From the NCBI GenBank assembly GCA_047967505.1, contig CM106538.1: a DNA stretch of 64,000 nucleotides; one strand, given 5' to 3'. The translations under genes and the position numbers were made by a program. Numbering within the stretch: the stretch's first letter is position 1; every line of letters begins with the position of its first letter. Source of the stretch: Dipteris shenzhenensis (Eukaryota). A model generated the notes under the pieces. It was not told the DNA's origin, did no database searches, and was given only the letters and a program-made list of their open reading frames with translations. This document shows positions 13,620 to 25,700 of the stretch, piece by piece.

Positions 13620-16600
13620 TCAATTAAGAGCATTTACATCAAGTGTTTCATCTTGAGCCAAGTCTAAGGCGCCAAACAAGTCTATCTCTAGCTCTATACC
13701 GAGTTGATCTCCTATATCATCATCGTACTCTAGCATCGTATGTTCACCTAAAAGTATTTGATCATCTTCTTCAATAAAGTGTGGTAATTGTTGATGATTG
13801 TTGTCTTCTTCCTCAATATCATGATCTCCATCTTCCTCTCGTGTGATGTCATTATGCGCATCTTCCTCTTGGCTCATATGGTGATCTACATCTTCTTCGC
13901 TAGATTCATCAATTGGATCCGGCATTGGTAGTGGCATCTCCATATCCACATCTCTATCTTCAAAAATTTGCTTACTTCGTGGTGCAACTTGGATCACGTA
14001 CCACCATCTTGGATCAGAACAATCTGGATGAAAAACCACCTATATTAAAGATGGGTGCCAAATGTGGTCAATTATATATATGAAATTATGCTCAAGTACA
14101 TGTATCAATGGATCTTTAAAAACGAAAGCTTCGATTAATTAAATCATTAGTATGCACCTGCTCACAGTGCTCGGGAAGAACAAAAGTATCACTTTCATCG
14201 GTGCAATGTTTGGTGGAGTCTATTGCAAAGAAACTGCTACTATCTTTTCTCACTATTGCATGGGGACCGTTGTAAATAGTTCTAAACCATTTCACATTAA
14301 GAATGAAAATACTAAATCGTCTGAAATCAACTTGATAGATGTCACGTATGGTTCCACAATAATCCAACTGTGAGCAGAGAAGATTGGTATCCAAAGCACT
14401 TACTCGGCTATCTTGTGTGAAGTTAGCCATGACTCCACAATCATACATGACTCTCTTTGAATCGATGCATTTCACACGAAAATGTTGTCCATATGACCAT
14501 AATGCACTATACTTTTTGTACTATAAAAGAGCATCATTAAAACAATGAAGATGCATCTATTTTATAGCGTATATAGCCACAAATAATTACTTAATTATGT
14601 CAAGAGGTAAGAAACTTACATGCACCATACATCCAGATGATAACTCTCGCTCATGCTTGTTTATTGTCTCTCCATCACGTTCGGCTTTACGTAGAGCTAG
14701 TTGTAGCCAATCAAGTGACATGTGAGTAGGGAGAAGAGCTAGATCCCGTGGATATGGTTGTGATTGCCTGTACATTACTCTGAATCTCGTCCTTGCATTT
14801 ATTCTTTCTGCTTTGGCCACTTCATATCTCTCAATCCACTTCTGCATCTCAGGGCTATTGAGGATACAAAACTTATTGAATTTCTCCATTTGCTCTTCGC
14901 TCATCTTTCTTTCAATCCCTTTTCCTTGGGGAACCTCGCCAATGATGCGATCATCGTCCTTTTTTTCCCAAGCTTGCGGCATATCGGGATCCGTCGATGC
15001 AAGAAACTCTGTGATATATACTAATGACTCTTGCACAAGCCATCCCTCTACCATGCTTGCTTCTGGTCTTGCTCTTTGTCTTACAAATCCCTTTAAAGTT
15101 TTCATAAACCGCTCAAGAAAAAACATCCATCGACTATGAACGGTACCTGCTATAGCCACCTCATCAAATATGTGCACAAGCAAGTGGACTTGAGTTGTCA
15201 TAATGCTCGAGGGAAAGTGCTTCTCAAGCAAGCATAAGACTTCGATGGGTTCCACCCTAGCCTTCTCGATGCTCGAATGGAGATCTCTTTTTGAGATATC
15301 CACCTATTTCATATGTCCATGTAAGATATTTTCATAATCAGTCTACAGATTAATCAGCTTAAATTGAAGAAAATGCAATCAATGCAATTTGATAGTAAGC
15401 ATACCTCACAATACCACAGATCTTGAATATAGCATTTCTAACATCTTCTTGTAAGCACCCTTTTATTGTAATTGGGAGGATGAACTATCAAAGCAACAAA
15501 GAAGTCATGTCAACAATATAACATAATCATAATTACGCTAACGCATCATGATTATCAGTACACTAATTCTACTTAGAATACCTGTAAGACCTTGTGTCAA
15601 TCATGGGACTTGAGCCCACTAAGCTTATTGTCCTTTGAAAATGCTCCTTTCAAGCAATGCATGTACCCTGTCGGTGTTTGAAAAGAGGCATTGTCTGCCT
15701 TGACCACTGCCTCGTCCCTCGTAGAGAGGATCCACGTTGCTTTCGGGAGGACAACTTTTCTCGAAGCATGCACTTGGGGCCACAAACGAGACATCCTATT
15801 CATAGCACGCAAGTCTTCTCACACTCTTCTCGAGTCTTTGGAACCAACCAAGTGTGCCCAAATAGTAGCCCCCACATTCTTGAAGATATATGCATGGGAT
15901 CCAAGAGATGATTGATTTGTAACTGACCCCAATAAGGAAGCTCGTGAAATATCGATAGCCTCTTCATACCAGGAGGAGGTTCCTCTCCATTCACCCTCCA
16001 AGCTTGAATCCAGTCACTTGCCTTCAAATATGATGGTGGTGGATCAAGCTGACCTCCACGTGCAAGATGGTCGAGCGGAAGGTATTGAGCATGACATTCA
16101 TAAACATTTTTCCTCATATGTTTGGAGTAGCGTGCAAGCGATTTCAGAGCCAGTCCACAAACAGGACAAGCACAAGTCTTGTACGCGTGCATGAATGTTT
16201 TAGTACAAGACATGCATGTGAAAGAGAGTCATAAAAGCATAATCCCTCATTATACATGTAAAGACACAACCGCGTATCTGTGCACTCTCCATATCCTGGG
16301 TAGTCATGCATGGTCCACGTCAAGATACCCCTGACCAAAATATCATTGTTATGTCATGAGCTCTGGAAATATCAAAGACCTGCACTCCTCTCCATAATAT
16401 CTATAACTCCTCTATCAAAGGTGCCATGTACACATCCATATTTTTTGCCTTGTACTTTCTTGGCACAAGTAGTGCAAGCATGAGTGTCCCTTTTTTATTG
16501 TTAGCCATGGTGGGATATTGTAATTCACCACGACTATGGGCCATGTCGACCAAGATGTCGAGCGTAACCCGAAAGGATTCACGCCGTCCATGGTGAGCCC

Positions 16601-17726
16601 AAGATGTAAGTTGCATGGCTCCCTCGCAAAGTCTAGCCACTGATTATCTATGTGCTTCCAAGCTGCACAATCTATGGGAATCCTCAATGTGTCATTAGTG
16701 GACCGATGAGATGCATGCCATGTCATTAACTCCGTTATGGATTTGCATCGGAACATGTGTTGTATTCTTGCAATGATGGGAAAGTGTCTCAAGACCTTTA
16801 CCAGTATCCGCTCACTCTGCAAGTCATCTCTATATCATTGTTCCCCACACTTTGGACAACTAGCGAAATCTCCATGCTAATGACAAAAGAGAATACAATC
16901 ATTACGGCAAGCATGGATGGTATCATAATCCATACCCACCATTGTTAGCATCTTTTCCGCTTCATCTCTTGATGGGGGCATGGTATTTGGTACAGGCAAC
17001 ATCTTCTGGAGCAACCTATGACAATTCAAACATACATAGGCTTCGAACAATGATGATTCGGTATACACTATCTAAATGATGATTCCCAAAACAAACATGA
17101 TGATTCTCAAAACAAACAATATCCAAATAATGAGTCAAATTAATGCAAGAGCTAACCTCATGAAGGCCGAGACACTTGTATCTGACCACCCATACTTTAC
17201 TTGCAGATTCAAGATTGAGAGACAAGCACGTAGTTTAGACATCCTAGCACCCTCGTATAATTGTGTTGATTGCAACTCTCGCATTTTGACCTCAGACTCT
17301 GACATCACGTGTACATGGGATGTAGTGCCCCTAAAAATGGAATCCATCATGTCGACCATACCCTCGTCATCATCGGGGAGACTATAGTCTTGCTCAAAGT
17401 GAGAAGGTATATGCGTACCCTCATCACCCTCCTCATTCTGTTTTAAGATTTCGTGTAAATATAAGATCTTTTATTTCTTGGTATCCAATAAGACTCGAAG
17501 TTAAATAGCTTTGACTTACTGATGGTCCATCAACACGTGCAACACCAATAGTGGGTACTGGTTTGGGCTCCTCCCCATACATCCGCAAGTGGCGCATGAT
17601 AATACGACGTTGATGTCATACTTCTCGCTTGCAATGAGTGCAATGACAGTATAATCTCTCCATAAGCCACTCCATGCTCCCGAGCATTGGCGCATCATCG
17701 GACGAGTTTCCACTCGTCCCTTCCAT
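13620..17726 (-). pseudogene. CACTA TnpD-like transposase (multi-exon, stops and frameshifts)
   Basis: N-terminal CHCTHC...RHL...G, then CRNDCILF. Transposase_21-type motifs KVLRHFP, NLHLGLTMDGVNPFG...STWP, HLLDPMH, LSGLKSHD. DUF4218-type QVHLLVH...RWMFFLERFMKTLK...RPEASMVEG. DUF4216-type YCGTI...VKWF...FVLPEHCEQV. Acidic C-terminal tail. Confidence 0.9.
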
Positions 17727-17831
17727 CTACACTTATAAAATCACAACATAAGTTGCAAGGAAAATATATTAACAATAATAAAATAGCATCTATGAGCTTC
17801 CCTTCATGTTAGAACAAAAAGTGACTTAAAG

Positions 17832-17912
17832 CGTCACTATATAGCGAATTTTTGCTGTGTTCCATCACTATATAGTGACGTTTTTAATTAAAAATATCGC
17901 TATATAGCGATG
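17832..17912. promoter_or_regulatory. Internal cluster of the CACTA-1 subterminal palindrome between the two divergent genes
   Basis: GTCACTATATAGCGAA, ATCACTATATAGTGAC and ATCGCTATATAGCGAT (17896-17911) match the motif found at both element ends. A regulatory role is inferred. Confidence 0.5.
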
Positions 17913-18559
17913 ATGCTGTGGGTTAAAACCCAAGACTCGCGTCACACGGTGCTTTCTTTAGTAATCTCTCTAATCTCTCAAGTAACCAAGGCAATCTCTC
18001 CTCCCACCTATTTTCGATGACCTCCCACCTATTTCTGACAACCTCCCACTCTATTCTCCACTCCTCACCCTTCTCCTAGCTCTTGTACTCCCTCTCTACC
18101 CTTTTCCCTCTTTGGTTTCTTGAAAGGAAGTTCTTCAAAAGGTGAGTTTGTTTCAACAATGTAGGCTATTTTTTGTTAGCTTTAGTTTTGTGAGTGCTTC
18201 TCCTTGTATTGCTAAACCTGTAAACTAGTTTTCATGCTTGTTTTCAAAGGATTGAAACAAAAAACGAGATTTCAAGAAAGAAAGAAGACTCACCTCTTTT
18301 TTGTATTTCTATTCCTTCTCTTTCTCCTTGTCTCCTCAATCTCCTCCTTTCAAGAAGTTACTTTTGTAATCTCCTCCTTCCTCTAATATCTTATTTGAAA
18401 AATGGTACGTTTCCTCTCTTTTATAGGGCTAGTCCACAACACCGAGTGGGATGTACTATTTCAGATAAGTGCTTTCTCTTTTTACCATTTATTATTTTTG
18501 TTATTTGCATTGGCCTGCAGTTAGCGCCTTAAGTGCTAGCTACAGTGATGGGTGTAGGA

Positions 18560-21110
18560 ACCCTCTCTTCCCCTCAATCTCTTTCCTTCTTCTCTCCTTC
18601 AATCTCTTTCCTCCTCTTTTTCCCTCTTTCCTTTTCCTCTTCTTCTCTCTTTCTTTCCCTCTTTTTCCTTCTTTCCTTTCCCTCCTTCTCTCTTTCCCCC
18701 TTCTCTTATGCTCATGCATAAACATAAGCATAAGCATAAGAGAAGGAGACATATGCTCATGCTTATGCTTATGCATGAGCATAAGAGAAGTAGACGTATG
18801 CTCATGCATAAGCATGAGCATATGTCTCTTTCCTTTTCCTCTTCTTCTCTCTTTCTTTCCCTCTTTTTCCCTCTTTCCTTTCCCTCTTCTTCTCTCTTTC
18901 CCCCTTCTCTTATGCTCATGCATAAACATAAGCATGAGCATAAGAGAAGGAGACATATGCTCATGCTTATGCTTATGCATGAGCATAAGAGAAGTAGACA
19001 TATGCTCATGCATAAGCATGAGCATATGTCTCTTTCCTTTTCCTCTTCTTCTCTCTTTCTTTCCCTCTTTTTCCCTCGTTCCTTTCCCTCTTCTTCTCTC
19101 TTTCCCCCTTCTCTTATGCTCATGCATAAACATAAGCATGAGCATAAGAGAAGGAGACATATGCTCATGCTTATGCTTATGCATGAGCATAAGAGAAGTA
19201 GACGTATGCTCATGCATAAGCATGAGCATATGTCTCTTTTTTCCTTCTTTCTCTTTCCCTCTTCTTCTCTCTTTCTCTCCCTCTTTCCTCTTTTCCAATC
19301 TCTCCTTCCTTTCCCTCTTTTTCTCTCTTCTCCTCTTTTCCCCCTCTTTTCCCTCTTTCCTTTCCCTCTTATTCTCTCTTTCCCCCTTCTCTTATGCTCA
19401 TGCATAAGCATAAGCATGAGCATAAGATAAGAAGACATATGCTCTTTCTCTTTCTCCTTTCCCTCTTCTTCTCTCTTTCCCAATCTCTCTTTCCCAATCT
19501 CTCTTTTCCAATCTCTCTTTCCTCTTTTCTAATCTCTCTTTCCTCTTTCTTCTTCCCTCTTCTTCTCTCTTTTTCCCTCTTCTTCTCTCTTTTTTTCCTC
19601 TTTCTCCTTTCCCTCTTCTTCTCTCTTCTCCTCTTTTCTCCCTCTTTTTCCCTCTTTCATGCTCATGTTCTTATGCTCATGCATAAGCATAAGTTAAGCA
19701 TGAGCATATGTCTCCGTCTCTTATGCTTATGCATAAGACTCCTCTTATGCATAAGCATAAGCATGAGCATAAGAGAAGGAGATATATGCTCATGCTGATG
19801 CTTCTTTCCCTCTTCTTCTCTCTTTCCCTCTTCTTCTCTTTTCCAATCTCTCTTTTCCCTCTTTCCTTTCCCTCTTCTCTCTTCTCCTCTTTTCCCCTCT
19901 TTTTTTCCTCTTTCTCCTTTCCCTCTTCTTCTCTCTTCTCCTCTTTTCCCCTCTTCTTTCTCTCTTCTTTCTCTCTTCTTTCTCTTCTCTCCCTCTTCTT
20001 CCTCTTTCCTCTCCCTCTTTCCTTTCCCTCTTCTTCCTCTTCTCGTCCACTTCCTCTTTTCCCTCTTCTTTCTCTCCTTTCCCTCTTTCCTTTCCCTCTT
20101 CTTTCTCTTCTCCTCCACTTTCTCTTTTCCCTCTTCTCTCCCTCTTCTTCAGATTCCTCTTCCTCTTCTTCCTCCTTCTCTCCCTCTTCTTCCTCTTCCT
20201 TTCCCTCTTTCGTTTCCCTTCTCTTTCCCCCTTCTCTTATTTTCTCTTCTTTCTCTCTTCTTCCTCTTCTCTCCTTCTTCTTCCTTTTCTTTCCCTCTTT
20301 CCTTTCCCTCTTCTTCCTCTTCTCGTCCACTTCCTCTTTTCCCTCTTCTTTTTCTTCTTTCCCTCTTTCCATTCCCTCTTCTTCCTCTTCTCCTCCACTT
20401 TCTCTTTTCCCTCTTCTCTCCCTCTTCTTCAGATTCCTCTTCCTCTTCTTCCTCCTTCTCTCCCTCTTCTTCCTCTTCCTTTCCCTCTTTCCTTTCCCTT
20501 CTCTTTCCCCCTTCTCTTATTCTCTCTTTCCCTCTTTCCTTTCCCTTCTCTTTCCCCCTTCTCTTATTCTCTCTTCTTTCTCTCTTCTTTCTCTTCTCTC
20601 CCTCTTCTTCCTTCTCTTTTCCTCTTTCCTTTCCCTCTTCTTCCTCTTCTCGTCCACTTCCTCTTTTCCCTCTTCTTCCTCTTCTTTCCCTGTTTCCATT
20701 CCCTCTTCTTCCTCTTCTCCTCCACTTTCTCTTTTCCCTCTTCTCTCCCTCTTCTTCAGATTCCTCTTCCTCTTCTTCCTCCTTCTCTCCCTCTTCTTCC
20801 TCTTCCTTTCCCTTCTCTTTCCCCCTTCTCTTACTCTCTCTTTCCCCCTTCTCTTATTCTCTCTTCTTTCTCCCTTCTTCCTCTTCTCTCCCTCTTCTTC
20901 CTCTTCTTTCCCTCTTTCCTTTCCCTCTTCTTTCTCTTCTCGTCCACTTCCTCTTTTCGCTCTTCTTCCTCTTCTTTTCCTCTTTCCTTTCCCTCTTCTT
21001 CCTCTTCTCCTCCACTTCCTCTTTTCCCTCTTCTCTCCCTCTTCTTCAGATTCCTCTTCCTCTTCTTCCTCTTTCTCTTCCTCTTCTTCCTCTTCTCTCC
21101 CTCTTTGCCT
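18560..21110. repeat. Polypyrimidine (CT-rich) tract with 204-bp tandem units built from ATGCTC/ATGCTT/ATGCAT hairpin motifs
   Basis: Unit starts at 18701, 18905 and 19109 (period 204). Nearly pure C/T from ~19800 to 21100. Lies between GT donor-like sites (18142, 18405) and an AG immediately before the ATG at 21171. Confidence 0.9.
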
Positions 21111-21170
21111 ATGCCTATGCTTATGTTTGTTTTTACGTTTTTTGTTTTTGTGTTTGTGTCTATGTTAGAC

Positions 21171-22720
21171 ATGGGATCACGTCACTCATTCGACGAGTAC
21201 GGACAGCCTCGTAGGAGGAGAGCTCACGATCTATATGCTCCAGAGGACTTTGATTCCTCTCAGGTGACTACCTCGAGGACTACCCCTGGTCTGACTCCTC
21301 TTGGACCTAGCACTACGACTACCCCTGGTCTGACTCCTCTTCCATGTAGCACTGCGACTACCCCTCGGGGAACTCCTTTCTAGCCATGCATGGCTTTGTC
21401 GGGAGTCCCCACGAGTTTGTAGCGCAGATGAGGGATGAGGAGGCAGCGAGATTCTTCTCTCTGCTATCTCAGAGCAATTCCCTCCCCTACACCGATGGCT
21501 GGACGTACTGCCCAGCCGTCCCCTCATGCCCCTTCGATCGAGGGGTCATCATTTGCGCATGCCTCTCATAAGGGAAGGAAGAGTAGGAAGGGCAGCTTAT
21601 GTTGTGCTAACTCAGGAGATGTAGACGAGTTAGCACACTCACATTCCTACAGGTCTCCACTTGGTCCAGAGACACAGTATCAGTCAAGTCCCTTGCCCTC
21701 TTCTACTCCCACTGCTACTCCTCGCTCCGGAAGCGTTCGCACATCTTCCACTCCTTCTGACTCTGCTAGCATCAGTCCTCCTTACTCATCAGGGGATCTC
21801 TCCTATCAAATCACAGTTGCCGGAGAGATAATAGAAGATAGAAAGGGCAAAGTAGTGATGGCCACCATGAGGCGGTTGATGATCCATCACTTCAAGAGCG
21901 GCATTGCTACCGATTGGTGGTATCAAGATGACCAAAAGAAGCAGGCGGTCATCGATGAATTAAAACAAAAATACCCTAACCCGCCAAATTGGGAGTTTAA
22001 TGAGGATTATATGCGAGAGCGCATGGGTTTGGTCTTGAAGCATCATAGATCAACCTTGCATACTTCCATCACAAAGGGGTTGGCTAAACCCAGCTGGGTA
22101 GACAAAGCTGATTGGAAGTTCTTCAAGAAGTAGAATAGGGACAATCCGAAATTATTCGAGGGTCAGAGGAAGGCTGCGAAGAGATAGCTAGACATAGTAG
22201 GTACTTCGCACTTTGGTGCAGGTGAACGGTTGGCATTCGAGGCAACCATGGTAAGTCTACTTCTTCTCATTTAATGTATTGTTCTATTTGTTTTACTACA
22301 TATTACATGCACTTTAGCTAACTCTAACTCTCGTAAATTGGATCCACAGCAAGCTGCGATGGGTCATCTTCCTACAGATGCAGAGACGCGATGTGCATTT
22401 TGCATAGGAACAAAGCCGTGGTTTATTGAGCAAGAGGCAATGGGAGCGACGATCGATTGGGCTGAGGTGGCTGCTCGCATGGTATAAGTCTACTCCTACT
22501 TGTAATCTCAGTTTTTAAATTGTTTTATTCTTTAAGTTTCAATCTAATTTTTGATTTATATGGTTCACTCTTAGGGTCAAAGCTCAAGCGTCCCATCATC
22601 AGAGGTGAGCGATCACCAGGGCCAGGGATCAGATGCACGTGACGAGAATCAGGGAGAAGGTGCAGCTCATGAGGACCAAGGAATAGGCCAACAAGACAAG
22701 GACGATTCGGATTCGGATGA
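21171..22720 (+). pseudogene. CACTA ORF2 (TnpA/Transposase_24-like), disrupted, oriented opposite to the transposase
   Basis: Ser/Thr/Pro-rich N-terminus, then AKPSWVDKADWKFFKK*NRDNPKLFEGQRKAAKR*LDIVGTSHFGAG, a P-x-W...W...H-x-G pattern like CACTA ORF2 proteins. Donor GTAAGT at 22251, acceptor at 22349. A homolog lies at 43150-43660. Confidence 0.65.
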
Positions 22721-25700
22721 GTAGTCGTAGTAGTAGTGGTAGTAGCAGTTTGCATTTTCTATGTATGTCATTTTGTATATCTGGTTGTTTGAGCAATTTT
22801 GTATCGCCCTTTCGAAAGGATAATTTTGTAACAAACAATGTTGTATATGTTCGACATGTATATGCTTTTGTTGCTTGATCATTTCATTTGAGCGATTTTG
22901 TATCACCCTTTTCGCAAGGGAAATTTTGTTATAAAAAAGCTTTGTTTTGTAATTATTTTAAAAAAAAAAGGATTAGTAGGGCTAAACAGGGCCATAGCAA
23001 GCCCTATTTAGCCCCACTAATCCTTTTTTTTTAGTTCTGTTAATCGTCGCTATATAGCGACGTTTACCAGTGTCATTATATAGCGATGATTAATAGTGTC
23101 GCTATATAGTGATATTTATCATCATCGCTATATAGCGACGGTTCTTTTTCGACGCTTTTAGCGACTTTTATAGCGACATTTGTGCCCGTGAAAATTTTTT
23201 TTTAAATGTAAAAAGCGTCGGTATTTTTGTCAGAAAAGGGCCTATGCCTTGTAGTGTGTGCTTCACCTTATAGACCCACTTGCAACCAATTGCATTCTTG
23301 TCTTTAGGCAAAGGCACCAATTCCCATGTAGCATTTGCTTCCAAGGCATCCATTTCTTCATCCATGGCTTTCTCCCATTTTTCTTTTCCCATGGCTTGCT
23401 CGAAAGAAGTGGGTTTTGGTTCATGTATCACTTTGACCATATAGGCATAGTGAATGGCTGTAAATCCATCATATTTTAGCCTATCCACATGATACTTAAC
23501 TCTGGTAGACCTGTGGAAAATAGGCTCACTAGCAGGTGCTCTCAAAACATCCCTTGTCTTCCTTACTCCAGGTGTAACAACAGAAGGAATACCCAACTCA
23601 TCATCAAGGCTCTGTTCTGAGACACTGGATTCACCATCCACATAAGAGTGACCTGCATTCACATCAACCATGGGCTGATCTACTTTCTCTTTTCCCTTTC
23701 GTGATACTTGGATACCACTATCTGCATTGCTTTGAGGAGATTCTCCTGATCTCAATCTGCTTGTCCATGGTGAAGTATGTGAACCACTGTTAGAGGATAC
23801 TACAGGTCCATTAATATTTTGTGATTGCTGCTGTAAATTTTGTGTAGCATTACCATTTTGTGCACCTACATAATCAATCATATTTACCAGTTTATACTAG
23901 CTGCTCATCTCATAAAAGACATCTCTGCTCATTGTAAACTTACGAGTAGAAGGATTATAGCATCTATACCCTCTCTACTGTAGAGAATAACCAATAAAGA
24001 TGCACTTCTCAGCTTTTGGATCCAACTTGGATCTCAACTCATCTGGCACATGAACATAGGCAATGCAACCAAAAACTTTCAAATGAGAAATATTTGGTTT
24101 CCTACTAGTATACCTCTCCTCTGGCATCATGCCATGTATTGCTGCAGTGGGAGTCTTATTCATTATGTAGACTGATTTAGCAACTGCTTCAGCCCAATAA
24201 TAATGAATAACCTGGATCTCAACTTTCTTAGCTCTTGGATCTCAACTCATCTGGCACATGAACATAGGCAATGCAACCAAAAACTTTCAAATGAGAAATA
24301 TTTGGTTTCCTACTAGTATACCTCTCCTCTAGCATCATGCCATGTATTGTTACAGTGGGAGTCTTGTTCATGATGTAGACTAATTTAGCAACTGCTTTAG
24401 CCCAATAATAATCTAGTAGGTCTTTTCGTTGAGCATGGCATGAGATACCTCTCCAATATGCATGTTTTTCCTTTCTGCAAGTCTGTGGGGTATGACTGCA
24501 AGAATATTGCTGCTTTATGCCATGCTCCTTCAGGAACCTTGCAAACTCATTTGAGAGGTACTCTCCACCTCCATCTGACCTTAGGCATTTTATTTGCAGG
24601 CCTGTTTCTTTCTCAACCATGGCTTTAAAAGCTTTGAAATGCCCAAACACTTCACTTTTCTTTTTCATAAAATACACCCAAACTTTTCTATTGTAGTCAT
24701 CAATAAAAGTGACAAAATAATGACATCCTCCAATAGATGTAGCTTTAGTAGTCCACACATTAGAGTGGATTAATTCCAATGGCCTCTTACTCTCTTGAAC
24801 ATGTCTAGGAAATGGTTTCCTTGCCTATTTTCCAAGTTAACAGGCTTCACATCCTTATGCATTTCTGCAACCTTGAACTGTACATTAATTTAAGTCGATG
24901 TACATTAACATGACCAATGCGTTTATGCTAGATATCAATATCTACAACTACACCGATCCCATGTGCAAACATTGCTGCACTCAATTCAAGCATGTCCACA
25001 TCCAACGTAAACATCCTGCCCTTCTTCTTTCCTTTTGCTATCAAGCAACCTTTATTTTTCATATCCTCAACAAAGCATCCATGAGGATTAAATTTGACTT
25101 GCAAGCCTTGCTCAACCATTTGACCAATAGAAACCAGGTTCTTGGTGATATTCGGGACATGAAATACATCAGGCAGGTATTTCTTTTTCCCATCCTACAT
25201 AGACAAAGGAATTTTACCAATCTGCACAATAGGATGTGTAGTATCATTACTAGTCTCCACAAATCCTAGTCTTTCCATTTTCCTTGCATCCTGCATCCAT
25301 TCTGCATGACTTGTCATGTGGTTTGATGCACCTGAGGCAACATACCACACATCATTGCTTTCTTCTACACTTGTCATAGAATTGGTCATGTGCTGCACCA
25401 TAAACAAATGCTCATTTCTGTCATTACCCTGTCTACTAGAGGATGCATAATTGCCTTGCTGCAATTTTCCATTCATGATGTCATTCTGCTTTTTGTAGCA
25501 GTCTTTAGCCATATGACCCATTTTACCATAGTAGTAGCATTCAACATTGATGTTTGCATTTTGGCCTCTCTGCAATCCACCATGACCTCTTTGGCTCCCC
25601 TTGCCTCTAAAGATACCACGTCCTCCTCCATAGGACTGGTTTTCTTGAATTTGTTGCATATTCTGATTTCTGCCATAGCCTCCAGATCTCGGCCTGCTCT

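Larger units (their letters stand above)
13232..23256. mobile_element. CACTA (En/Spm) DNA transposon CACTA-1, both ends present
   Basis: Starts CACTAC (13232) and ends GTAGTG (23256). 3-bp TSD TGT at 13229-13231 and 23257-23259. Clustered subterminal palindromes GTCGCTATATAGCGAC. Excision restores the host copia frame. Confidence 0.95.

Noticed and set aside
18469-21172. Long ORFs in several frames (SLFPF-, REKG- and MLMHKH-rich)
   Set aside because: These are by-products of stop-free low-complexity DNA on both strands.
23168-23256. C-terminal extension TLQGIGPFLTKIP... of the copia ORF 23168-23881
   Set aside because: This is read-through into the CACTA terminus, not a real fusion domain.
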